Below are positions 18,266-26,446 of a stretch of 30,610 nucleotides of DNA, piece by piece (the stretch's first letter is position 1; each line of letters begins with the position of its first letter). A model generated the notes under the pieces. That model ran no database searches. It was not told where the DNA came from and saw only the letters and a list, made by a program, of their open reading frames with translations. The position numbers were made by a program, and so were the translations under genes. Source of the stretch: a virus (lineage: Duplodnaviria > Caudoviricetes); IMG/VR virus record IMGVR_UViG_3300032303_001078, positions 1-30,610 of that record; one strand, written 5' to 3'.

Positions 18266-18372
18266 ATTAGTAAGACTTAATTATTACTCACAGCTACTTA
18301 GCATTATTGTAGAGTGTCTTACTTACACATATTACAGACCAGGGGTTAATGTCATTTCCTCTGGTCTTTTTT
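18266..18372 (+). ncRNA. Putative ~105-nt structured small RNA (5' end estimated)
   Basis: Bounded by the promoter motif and a terminator; nested stems AGTAAGAC/GTCTTACT, ACTC/GAGT, ACA/TGT and GCT/AGC. Confidence 0.5.
18336..18372 (+). terminator. Intrinsic terminator with a 12-nt loop
   Basis: AGACCAGGGG-TTAATGTCATTT-CCTCTGGTCT-TTTTT. Confidence 0.8.
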
Positions 18373-18401
18373 GCGTTTCACTTTTGAAAATGATATATAT
18401 G

Positions 18402-18431
18402 TTTGGTAATATCAGGAATTATTCGTATATT
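18402..18431 (+). promoter_or_regulatory. Early-type promoter for the GIY-YIG/sigma operon
   Basis: TTTGG-N17-CGTATATT. Confidence 0.7.
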
Positions 18432-18454
18432 ACTAATAACAAAAAACATATAAA

Positions 18455-18895
18455 ATGACTAAGAAAAAGTGTTCAAGTTGTAATGAATTAAAATCTACAA
18501 CAAAATTCTCAAAGTATAAATTATCTAAAGATGGGTTACAACCACATTGTAAACAATGTCAATCTGTTAGAACAAAAGCTGTAAATAAAGCTGACAAAGA
18601 AGGTATGATATATACAATTACAAATCCAATTTCAGAAGTATATACAGGCATTACAAATAGAGACCCACATCTTAGATTTCTAGAACATAGAAGAACTTAT
18701 AAGTTTACTAAATCTACTGGTCATTCTAATTTTCCTAAACTACATAAATCATTTGACAAATGGGGAATTGATGCACACATTTTTCAAGTAGTATCTAATC
18801 ATGGTAATATTAGTAAAAAAGAATTAAGACAGATTGAAAGTAATATGATTAAAGCATTAAAGCAAAATGGTAAATCATTAAATGTAAATGATTAA
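18455..18895 (+). CDS. Zn-ribbon + GIY-YIG endonuclease-like protein 1
   Basis: CSSC...CKQC; MIY-(10)-YTG, RFLEHR, QIES and LN motifs. Confidence 0.7.
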   Translation: MTKKKCSSCNELKSTTKFSKYKLSKDGLQPHCKQCQSVRTKAVNKADKEGMIYTITNPISEVYTGITNRDPHLRFLEHRRTYKFTKSTGHSNFPKLHKSFDKWGIDAHIFQVVSNHGNISKKELRQIESNMIKALKQNGKSLNVND

Positions 18896-18897
18896 AA

Positions 18898-19416
18898 ATG
18901 ACTAAACAATGCCAAAAGTGTCAACAAATTAAAGACACAACTCAATTCAGTAAATGTAAATCCAACAAAGATGGTTTACAATATTGTTGTAAATCTTGCA
19001 ACAGGGAAACAAATCTAAAATTCCGTACTGAAATCAATCCAACACATCATCAGAAGTGGCAAGAGAAGAATTGGGATACTTTTGTAGAATATGTTAAAAA
19101 ATACAGAAAAGCAGATAAGACACCAATCATATATTCAATTAAAAATCCTGATGGGTTTCAATATATTGGGATGAGTATGATGCATTTCTTAGTTAGATTA
19201 AATGAACACAGGAGACATTATAGAAGAGCATCAGAAGGTAAGAGAGATAGATTAGGTTTACTACATGATAGTTTCGACAAGTATGGTATTGATAATCACG
19301 AATTTAAAGTAATCAAAGAATGTCCTGGTTTGACAAGAAAACAATTACAACAATTGGAGTCTGCATACATTACATTAAACAAAGCTCAAAAAATAAGTTT
19401 AAATACAAAAAATTAA
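18898..19416 (+). CDS. Zn-ribbon + GIY-YIG endonuclease-like protein 2
   Basis: CQKC...CKSC; IIY-(10)-YIG, RLNEHR, QLES and LN motifs. Confidence 0.75.
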   Translation: MTKQCQKCQQIKDTTQFSKCKSNKDGLQYCCKSCNRETNLKFRTEINPTHHQKWQEKNWDTFVEYVKKYRKADKTPIIYSIKNPDGFQYIGMSMMHFLVRLNEHRRHYRRASEGKRDRLGLLHDSFDKYGIDNHEFKVIKECPGLTRKQLQQLESAYITLNKAQKISLNTKN

Positions 19417-19417
19417 T

Positions 19418-19612
19418 ATGAAAAGAATCAAATTAGGAGATTGGGTAGAAGCATTGATATATGTTATCACTTTTGGATTTGGAGAGAAAATTGCAGTGTT
19501 TATTGCAAAACAAATGGGATATCAGTCATGTGGTTGTTGTGAAAGAAAAGAATGGTTAAATAGATTAACAAATAAAGACTACAATGGAAATTGTGGAATG
19601 ATTAAATTATAA
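19418..19612 (+). CDS. Small phage protein (LGD...CGC.ERK..LN type)
   Basis: LGDWVEALI...SCGCCERKEWLN; tightly packed in the operon. Confidence 0.65.
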   Translation: MKRIKLGDWVEALIYVITFGFGEKIAVFIAKQMGYQSCGCCERKEWLNRLTNKDYNGNCGMIKL

Positions 19613-19628
19613 ACAATAAAAAAACAAA

Positions 19629-19907
19629 ATGGAAGAAACAACAATCTCCTTACAAGGAACACAAAAACAATTTGACCCAAATGCTGCATATCTAATTGAT
19701 TTCAGTAAGTTAACATCGGTAAACGATTTAGTCCTAATCCTAAGTTGTATGGGTTTTACCTTTGTAGGAACTCATCCTTACATTGACCAAATTAAACCAT
19801 TCTTAAACTTAGACCATCCAGTATATCCAGGTGGACAAATGCCGGCACCTAAGAGTAGTGATTTGAAATTACCTAAATTAAAAACCATAAAGAAAGATGG
19901 AGAATAA
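19629..19907 (+). CDS. Hypothetical protein
   Basis: 92-aa ORF with A-rich leader, overlaps the next start. Confidence 0.6.
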   Translation: MEETTISLQGTQKQFDPNAAYLIDFSKLTSVNDLVLILSCMGFTFVGTHPYIDQIKPFLNLDHPVYPGGQMPAPKSSDLKLPKLKTIKKDGE

Positions 19908-20124
19908 ATATCATCCTCTTACTGAACAAGAATTCAATGAGATATCTGAATTCATACTAAATCTAGGTGCTTATTTGCCTGACAATAAAACCAATTGGAT
20001 TTGGTCTACATTCAATAAGTTAAGAGACGAAAACGAAACAATGCCTTGCACCTGTGCATCTGCTGCAGGACATTGGAAAAGAGCAGTTGACCATATTCAT
20101 ACTTGGGTAAAAGAAAGAATATAA
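19897..20124 (+). CDS. Hypothetical protein (PCTC motif)
   Basis: 75 aa, coupled to both neighbours. Confidence 0.6.
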   Translation: MENKYHPLTEQEFNEISEFILNLGAYLPDNKTNWIWSTFNKLRDENETMPCTCASAAGHWKRAVDHIHTWVKERI

Positions 20125-20676
20125 ATGATAGACTCAGGTAGTGTACAACATTGCGAGTGTGAAAAAAGATTAATCAATCTACACAATGAATCTTATAGAT
20201 GGTTATTACAATCTGCGAATAAGATAACAAAGAATAAAATTGAATCAGAAGATTTAGTTCAAGAACTTTACATTTATTTGCATGAGAAGTGTAATCCTAA
20301 ATTGTTTTGGGGTGAACATTCATACAATCTATATTATTGTTCAAAGTTTTTACATAGTAGGTTTATAAACAAAACTAAAAAGTTAAATAGAACAATGTAT
20401 GTAGATGAAGTTTGGGATGTTGAAATGGACACACCTTATGATATAGAATATGACGAAAGATTACAGAAAGCACATGATGATGTATTAGATGCAATAAAAG
20501 GATTAAAGAATACAAAGCAATTTGCATCTGCAATGATATGGGAAATGTATTATATGTCAGATGATACTTTAGACGAAGTTGCAAATAAGATAGGAATAAG
20601 TAAATCAACTACATTCCTTGCAGTTAGAAAAGTAAGAAGAATATTAAAAGAAGTTATAGATAATCCATTTAATTAA
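20125..20676 (+). CDS. Sigma-70/ECF-like transcription factor
   Basis: Region 2-like SEDLVQELYIYL; region 4 HTH TLDEVANKIGISKSTTFLAVRKVR. Confidence 0.8.
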   Translation: MIDSGSVQHCECEKRLINLHNESYRWLLQSANKITKNKIESEDLVQELYIYLHEKCNPKLFWGEHSYNLYYCSKFLHSRFINKTKKLNRTMYVDEVWDVEMDTPYDIEYDERLQKAHDDVLDAIKGLKNTKQFASAMIWEMYYMSDDTLDEVANKIGISKSTTFLAVRKVRRILKEVIDNPFN

Positions 20677-20681
20677 GTTAT

Positions 20682-21155
20682 ATGTCGTTATGGAAAGTAA
20701 AGTTTGACCATGAGAATGGTGAAATGAGAAGATGCAAAGTATGTGATAAAGACTTTCATACGGATAGACCAGTATGGAGATGTAGACCTTGCACATCTAA
20801 ATACATATATGATAAAGCAAAAGAGAAGTATGGTGACTTACCTGCAACTGGTAAGTGGGCAGGATTGCCACCAAAGAAACCATATCCGTTTAATAATAGA
20901 AATAGTGAAGCAAATAATAGGTTTTGCACAATTCGGACTGCATTAAGTAATGCATGGAAAGAATATAATAAGACAGGAGATAAATCAGTAGTAATTGCAC
21001 ACTATGATAAACAACTAAAAGAAATAGAAGAGAATGGTATAATGGCTTGGATATTAGATAGAAGATGTGATGCCTCTAAAAAAGAAAAACAATACAAATC
21101 TAAGAATATGATTAAAACCGATTATCCAGATACGAGAGGTCATTATGAATACTAG
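20682..21155 (+). CDS. Hypothetical Zn-finger protein
   Basis: CKVC...CRPC in a basic 157-aa ORF. Confidence 0.6.
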   Translation: MSLWKVKFDHENGEMRRCKVCDKDFHTDRPVWRCRPCTSKYIYDKAKEKYGDLPATGKWAGLPPKKPYPFNNRNSEANNRFCTIRTALSNAWKEYNKTGDKSVVIAHYDKQLKEIEENGIMAWILDRRCDASKKEKQYKSKNMIKTDYPDTRGHYEY

Positions 21156-21324
21156 AATTGATTATGGATATGCAAACTTTACTTTTGACTACACATGGTT
21201 AAGGGATAAACAAATTATTCATAAAGGAGATTACACAGGTGGCATGTTGTTAATCGTAGATAAAGATGGAGTTGCAGTTGGAATGTATGCATATGAATTA
21301 ATAAATGATTATGAAAAAGAATAA
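21145..21324 (+). CDS. Hypothetical 59-aa protein (absent from ORF track)
   Basis: MNTRIDYGYANFTFDYTWLRDKQIIHKGDYTGGMLLIVDKDGVAVGMYAYELINDYEKE*. Confidence 0.6.
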   Translation: MNTRIDYGYANFTFDYTWLRDKQIIHKGDYTGGMLLIVDKDGVAVGMYAYELINDYEKE

Positions 21325-21325
21325 T

Positions 21326-21484
21326 ATGGAAGAAAAATATTTAGTACAAGAAATTAAAGATATAATTGAAATGTATAAAAAACAACTTGAATGGCCTGTT
21401 CATAAAAATAGAGAAGGAGTTGAAATGACTATACGAGTATTAGAATCATTGATTAGAAATGATAGATTAAATGAAGAAGAATAA
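21326..21484 (+). CDS. Hypothetical 52-aa protein (absent from ORF track)
   Basis: MEEKYLVQEIKDIIEMYKKQLEWPVHKNREGVEMTIRVLESLIRNDRLNEEE*; alternative in-frame ATG at 21311. Confidence 0.55.
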   Translation: MEEKYLVQEIKDIIEMYKKQLEWPVHKNREGVEMTIRVLESLIRNDRLNEEE

Positions 21485-21572
21485 ACATATAGACTCATTA
21501 TATATCCTCATTCTTGCATATCTCTTAATCCTGACTACATTGATTGCATTTAGTACATATACTACAAAATAA
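21471..21572 (+). CDS. 33-aa single-pass membrane peptide (absent from ORF track)
   Basis: MKKNKHIDSLYILILAYLLILTTLIAFSTYTTK*: basic N-terminus plus one hydrophobic helix. Confidence 0.5.
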   Translation: MKKNKHIDSLYILILAYLLILTTLIAFSTYTTK

Positions 21573-21587
21573 ATTAAGTAGTGTTAT
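21559..21587 (+). promoter_or_regulatory. Candidate late promoter upstream of terminase genes (variant)
   Basis: ATACTA-N17-TGTTAT; shares TGTTATTACAATA with the 12176 copy. Confidence 0.45.
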
Positions 21588-21614
21588 TACAATAGTAAAA
21601 TACAATTAAATACT

Positions 21615-21920
21615 ATGGCGTTCGTTAAAGGAGATACAAGGATAAATGCAAATGGCAGACCAAAAGGTGCATTAAATAGAAGCACAGAAGCTATGAAGTT
21701 AACTATTGCTCGTGCAGTAAACAATACACTCAATACAATACAAGAGGACTTAGAAGAAATAAAAAAGAGAGACCCAGAGAAGGCAATGGACTTAGCATTG
21801 AAGTTAATGGAATATGCTTTACCTAAACTCAGCAGAACAGAATTGAAAGGTGAGATAGACCATAGGATACAGCAGATTAGTATTAATATAAACAGAAAAG
21901 AAATTGAACCTAGAGATTAA
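21615..21920 (+). CDS. terS: Terminase small subunit (putative)
   Basis: N-terminal F.KG....N.NGRPKG motif; directly upstream of and overlapping terL. Confidence 0.7.
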   Translation: MAFVKGDTRINANGRPKGALNRSTEAMKLTIARAVNNTLNTIQEDLEEIKKRDPEKAMDLALKLMEYALPKLSRTELKGEIDHRIQQISININRKEIEPRD

Positions 21921-23070
21921 TACAACGATTACTTTTGATAACATTATGAATAGTGTTGCAAGAGTAGTTCATAACATAGGTGGAACGAGAAGTTCTAAAA
22001 GTTACTCTGCTTTACAATACTGCATAGTAGAAGCATTACAAACTGCAACAATAGTAACGATAGTAAGAAAGACTATACCTTCTTTAAAGAGAACTATTAT
22101 GAAAGACTTTAAAGATATACTTATTAATTTAGGTATATGGCATGATGATGACTTTAATGTAACGGATAGAACATGGACTTATAATGGTTCGACTATACAA
22201 TTCATTTCAACAGATGATGCTGAGAAGTTAAGAGGAGTTAAATCGGATATTCTTTTTATTGATGAAGCAAATGAGTTAGATGAGGAAAGTTATTTTCAGT
22301 TAAGTATTAGAACATCAGGCAAAATAATTCTATGTTATAACCCTACTATATCTCCATTCCATTGGTTAAGAAAGATGGAAGATTGCGAGAGATACATTAC
22401 TACATACAAAGATAACCCATACTTGCCTAAAGAAATGATTAAGGCAATTGAAGATTTGGAATTTACTAATCCTAAATATTGGAAGATATATGGTAAAGGA
22501 GAATACTCTGCAAACGATAAAGCAATATTTCAATTTGATTTATGTGATACCATTGAAGCTGACTTTGTATGTTTTGGGTTTGATGCTGGTTATTCTAATG
22601 ACCCCTGTGCTCTTGTGGCAGTGTATAAGAATAGTGATACGCTATTTTTGGAGGAACTCATTTATGAGAAAGGCATGGTTACGAATGACATCATAGATAG
22701 ATTAAGAAAGTTAGCAATAGATAAGATGCAAACTATATGGTGCGATAGCAGTGAACCACGTTTGATTGAAGAGTTGTATAGAAGTGGATTCAATACGAAG
22801 CCAGTAGTGAAAGGTAGAGATAGTATTAACTTTGGTATATCAGTAATGAAGAACTATAAGATTAAAGTTTTAAAGTCTAGCCAAAATTTAATTAATGAGA
22901 TGTATAGTTACCAATACGAAACAGATAAGCATGGATATGTAACGGATAGACCTGAAGGTGGATTAGACCATGCAATAGATGCAGCAAGATATGGATGTAT
23001 GATGTCTCTATCACAAAAGGCACAAACAAAAGGAACATATGCAATTTCAATCGGAAAATATAGATACTAA
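21904..23070 (+). CDS. terL: Terminase large subunit (PBSX/SPP1-like)
   Basis: Walker A GGTRSSKS, Walker B LFIDEANE, YNP coupling motif, nuclease GFDAG..DP/DSSEP/DHAIDA; TTG start. Confidence 0.93.
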   Translation: MNLEINTTITFDNIMNSVARVVHNIGGTRSSKSYSALQYCIVEALQTATIVTIVRKTIPSLKRTIMKDFKDILINLGIWHDDDFNVTDRTWTYNGSTIQFISTDDAEKLRGVKSDILFIDEANELDEESYFQLSIRTSGKIILCYNPTISPFHWLRKMEDCERYITTYKDNPYLPKEMIKAIEDLEFTNPKYWKIYGKGEYSANDKAIFQFDLCDTIEADFVCFGFDAGYSNDPCALVAVYKNSDTLFLEELIYEKGMVTNDIIDRLRKLAIDKMQTIWCDSSEPRLIEELYRSGFNTKPVVKGRDSINFGISVMKNYKIKVLKSSQNLINEMYSYQYETDKHGYVTDRPEGGLDHAIDAARYGCMMSLSQKAQTKGTYAISIGKYRY

Positions 23071-23071
23071 T

Positions 23072-23281
23072 ATGAAACAAGAATTTACAGACACACGCCC
23101 TCAAATGTGGAATAGTGATGAGATTAGAGATTTAATACTCTATGCAAAAGATTTACAACAACAAGTAGATGATATGAAAGCAAACATAATAACAATGGAT
23201 GCTAAGTTAAAGAATGAAGAGAATAAGGTAAAGAAATTAATCACAACAATAAATTATTTGACAAATGCAGGTAGAGCTTAA
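23072..23281 (+). CDS. Small coiled-coil protein
   Basis: Likely start MKQEF, 1 nt after the terL stop; heptad pattern. Confidence 0.55.
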   Translation: MKQEFTDTRPQMWNSDEIRDLILYAKDLQQQVDDMKANIITMDAKLKNEENKVKKLITTINYLTNAGRA

Positions 23282-23879
23282 AGTTCCTAATAGTTGGGAA
23301 ACCGTTACACTTAAAAAGTATTTAACATATTTAAAAGATGTAGAGAATTATAAAGATGATGAAGAAGCATTGACTGCAGTTACTTTATTACACTTTTGCG
23401 GTTTACAAACTGAATGGTTGAATGGTATTGCTATAGCAGATTTGAACTTATTGAAATCAAAAATAAATCATTTCATAGGTAATCAAGAACACGAATTACA
23501 AAGAAAGATATTGATAGATGGGCAACCATATGGATTTGAACCTAACTTATCTACAATGTCTTATGGTGCTTATTTGGACATTACAAAGTTTAATACATTT
23601 ACAATAGATGATAATTGGAGCAAGATAATGTCTATACTATACAGACCTATTACAATGGAAAAAGAAGGCATGTATTTAATTGAACCTTATTCAGGCAAAG
23701 ACAATCATTCTAAGTTTTTAGAATTAGGTATGGATATCCACTTTGGTTGTCTGTTTTTTTTTATCAATTTGTCAATGGACTTAGTGAACGCTACCCTGAA
23801 TTATACGATGGAGATGGACATTCCTCACGACATCAAGCAAATTTTGGAAAGAAGTGGGGAGCTTACTCAACACTTATAA
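23265..23879 (+). CDS. Tail assembly chaperone (G-like)
   Basis: VPNSWETVTL, YGFEPNL..MSYGAYLD and MSILYRPI motifs; T9 slippery run near the 3' end. Confidence 0.65.
   Translation: MQVELKVPNSWETVTLKKYLTYLKDVENYKDDEEALTAVTLLHFCGLQTEWLNGIAIADLNLLKSKINHFIGNQEHELQRKILIDGQPYGFEPNLSTMSYGAYLDITKFNTFTIDDNWSKIMSILYRPITMEKEGMYLIEPYSGKDNHSKFLELGMDIHFGCLFFFINLSMDLVNATLNYTMEMDIPHDIKQILERSGELTQHL
23754..23762 (+). other. Putative -1 programmed frameshift site (T9)
   Basis: CTG TTT TTT TTT ATC; the -1 frame stays open to 24025. Confidence 0.75.
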
Positions 23880-24025
23880 CTTTATCGCAAGATGATATAC
23901 TTAAATTTGATGAAATAGTTGAATTACCATTAGAAAAATGTCTTTTATATCTTGCATTTCAATCCGATAAAAATCAATTAGAAGAATTATTACATAAAGA
24001 AGCACTTAAAAAGACAGGTCACTAA
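23759..24025 (+). CDS. Frameshift extension of tail chaperone (T-like)
   Basis: YPELY...FGKKWGAY...LPLEKCLLYLAF; lacks its own ATG and overlaps the upstream ORF in the -1 frame. Confidence 0.7.
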   Translation, partial: FYQFVNGLSERYPELYDGDGHSSRHQANFGKKWGAYSTLITLSQDDILKFDEIVELPLEKCLLYLAFQSDKNQLEELLHKEALKKTGH

Positions 24026-24050
24026 TTATTTATTCTTTTATTGTTGTTAT
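24023..24050 (+). promoter_or_regulatory. Candidate late promoter
   Basis: TAATTA-N16-TGTTAT. Confidence 0.55.
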
Positions 24051-24064
24051 TAAAATAAACACCA

Positions 24065-24343
24065 ATGAATAAAGGTCCAGGTATATGGTCTAATAGTAGA
24101 AGTGGCAATTTGAGATACTCTGTAAATAGAGAAAACAATAGCGGTATCTACATTGGGCCAACGAGAGGTCTATCAAGTCCTAAGAATAGTAGACGTGCAT
24201 GTCTATGTGTTAACTCTGATACTTATTCAGTTAGTTGTTGCAAGGGTGCACTTATGTCACAAGGTATTGGGCAAATACAAAGTACAAGACCAGTGCAAGG
24301 TGCATTCAACAATGGTTATTCAGACGGATTTGAAATTACATAA
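24065..24343 (+). CDS. Small Cys-rich phage protein
   Basis: RRACLC...YSVSCCKGALMSQGIGQI and C-terminal AFNNGYSDGF. Confidence 0.65.
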   Translation: MNKGPGIWSNSRSGNLRYSVNRENNSGIYIGPTRGLSSPKNSRRACLCVNSDTYSVSCCKGALMSQGIGQIQSTRPVQGAFNNGYSDGFEIT

Positions 24344-24354
24344 ATTAAACTATA

Positions 24355-25620
24355 ATGTCACAAATATCAAAAGCACAATTAACAACAGATAACTCATTAT
24401 CGTTTCCAGATAATAATAGTGGATATATTACACCATTAGCACTGAGAAACTTTAATATTAATCTGATTGATTCAACAGTTAATCAAACAGGTTATACTGC
24501 AGATAGTGGTAGTTGGAATAGAAGTATAAATGCATTAAACACTTATACTGCTTCATTTGCACCCTCTTTGACTCAATTGAATGCATTCACTGCATCTCAA
24601 TTAACAATCAATACAGGTGTTAATGGATTTACTCAATCTGCAACAGGTAGACTAAATAACTTAGAATCTACTACATCATCATTGAATACATTTAGTTCAT
24701 CTATAAATCAAATATTAGTTAATGGTGCATCAATAGGAACATCTACTAGATTTTTCTTTAGTGGTTTTGCTACTGCTAGTATTGTACCTAATGTTAATGG
24801 AGCAATTGCAGTTATTACTATTTTGTCTGACCCAAGTCTAACAACGACTGCATCATTCAATTCATATACTGCATCAACTGCAGCAACTCAAACTACATTT
24901 AGTTCTAGTGTAGCAACATCGTTTAGTCAATCATCGTACGCATTTAATCAGTATACTGCATCAACAAATACATTTACTGCAAGTGCACAAACATCTATTA
25001 ATCAACTATTAGGATTTAGTGCTTCATTAGATGCAACATATGCAACTGATGCACAATTAACAACGACTGCGTCTATATTACAGGCAAACATTGATACAAA
25101 ATTAAATTCAGCTTCGTTTAACACATACACACAATCATTCTCACAAAGTGTTGCAACATCATTTAGTCAATCATATTCTTATATAAACACTTATACTGCA
25201 TCGACAAATGCAAGTATAGCAAATATAAATCAATTTACTTCAAGTGTTCTTGCTGGATATGCAACGACTGGAAGTAATGTATTCGTAGGTAATCAAACAT
25301 TTACTGGGTCTGTATTTCAAAATGTATCTGCATCATCTATTACATCACAAACTGCAAGTATAGATTTAAGTAAAGCAAACTATTTTACTTTAACATTGGC
25401 AGGTACTACAAATATAAATGTAATAAATGCTCAACCAGGTGTAACCGCAACATTAGTAATTAATACTTCTACTTCACCAAGTGCATCGTTTAGTAATAAT
25501 GTTAAACAACCATCGGGGTCTGCTTATGTAGCATCTCCATCAGGCAATATAGATATAATTTCATTTACAGCAGTGAATAGCACAACGGTATTTGCATTCC
25601 CTGCTCAATCATTCGTATAA
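24355..25620 (+). CDS. Ser/Thr-rich fibre-like virion protein (possibly a head fibre)
   Basis: FPDNNSGYITP..LR N-terminus; repeated [LF]N.[YF]TAS heptads; YATTGSNVFVGNQT module shared with the 2089 fibre. Confidence 0.65.
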   Translation: MSQISKAQLTTDNSLSFPDNNSGYITPLALRNFNINLIDSTVNQTGYTADSGSWNRSINALNTYTASFAPSLTQLNAFTASQLTINTGVNGFTQSATGRLNNLESTTSSLNTFSSSINQILVNGASIGTSTRFFFSGFATASIVPNVNGAIAVITILSDPSLTTTASFNSYTASTAATQTTFSSSVATSFSQSSYAFNQYTASTNTFTASAQTSINQLLGFSASLDATYATDAQLTTTASILQANIDTKLNSASFNTYTQSFSQSVATSFSQSYSYINTYTASTNASIANINQFTSSVLAGYATTGSNVFVGNQTFTGSVFQNVSASSITSQTASIDLSKANYFTLTLAGTTNINVINAQPGVTATLVINTSTSPSASFSNNVKQPSGSAYVASPSGNIDIISFTAVNSTTVFAFPAQSFV

Positions 25621-25621
25621 T

Positions 25622-26389
25622 ATGATACCACAACAATTTGTAAAAGGTGCAGGTGAAAGAGTATTCTTCGGTCAATTTGAATATATTTCAGGTGCAGACT
25701 TAATATATGATTTTGGTAATCCAATTTGTACATCTGCATTTAATAGTAGTAGAATAGTTTATAATGTAGGTAATGCAAATGTAACTGGTAGTTTAATTCC
25801 TTATAATGGAAATGTATATCCAACATTATCAGGTTTACAAGGTGGTGTTATGATTACCAGTGCAAGTCCCTTTGCGTCTAATTATATGCAATGGGATTGG
25901 AAATCAACTGAAAATCAAACTAGTATTGCAATATTTGCATTAAACGGAGCACAAGGAAATCCATATGAATCATTCATGCCTCAAAAAGCAGGTGCAAATT
26001 CAATAGAATTTGATTTATATGGAACTACTGCATTAGGTACATCATCATATTTTGCGGTAAATTTATATGATAGTGGTAATAATGAATACGTATCATCACC
26101 TTCAGCTGTAATAAATAATAGTACCGGTAGTGGAACTAATGGATATAATCAGGCTGCATTTAGTGCAAATAATTCTACACAACATTTATTATATATAAAT
26201 CAAAAGGCACCAATTCTTAATGATGCAAATATAACTAGAACAACAAGTGGTACACAAACTACTAAATTTAGTATAGCAACTAATGTTTCTAGCGTAAAAA
26301 TAATGGCATTCTTGCAATATCCATTTATTTTAACACCAAAACAAATTAGACAAACATATAAAGTATTCTCACAAAGATTCTTTAGATAA
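25622..26389 (+). CDS. Beta-rich virion accessory protein (lectin/LamG-like candidate)
   Basis: LIYDFGN..C N-terminus and YPFILTPKQIRQTY...RF C-terminus resemble phage ConA-like proteins; likely start MIPQQ. Confidence 0.5.
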   Translation: MIPQQFVKGAGERVFFGQFEYISGADLIYDFGNPICTSAFNSSRIVYNVGNANVTGSLIPYNGNVYPTLSGLQGGVMITSASPFASNYMQWDWKSTENQTSIAIFALNGAQGNPYESFMPQKAGANSIEFDLYGTTALGTSSYFAVNLYDSGNNEYVSSPSAVINNSTGSGTNGYNQAAFSANNSTQHLLYINQKAPILNDANITRTTSGTQTTKFSIATNVSSVKIMAFLQYPFILTPKQIRQTYKVFSQRFFR

Positions 26390-26396
26390 TAAAAAA

Positions 26397-26424
26397 TAAC
26401 TATTTTTAACAACACCTTTGTTAT
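26397..26424 (+). promoter_or_regulatory. Candidate late promoter of the capsid operon
   Basis: TAACTA-N16-TGTTAT. Confidence 0.65.
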
Positions 26425-26446
26425 ATAAGGTATAAAAGAAACAAAT

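Noticed and set aside
15850-18341. CAGACCA shared between the two putative sRNA regions (possible RNA-RNA pairing)
   Set aside because: A 7-mer match between two regions of about 200 nt is expected by chance
15819-18454. tRNA, ribozyme or known riboswitch in the intergenic hairpins
   Set aside because: No cloverleaf, T-loop or catalytic core consensus that I can recognise; an Rfam search would be needed to exclude this fully
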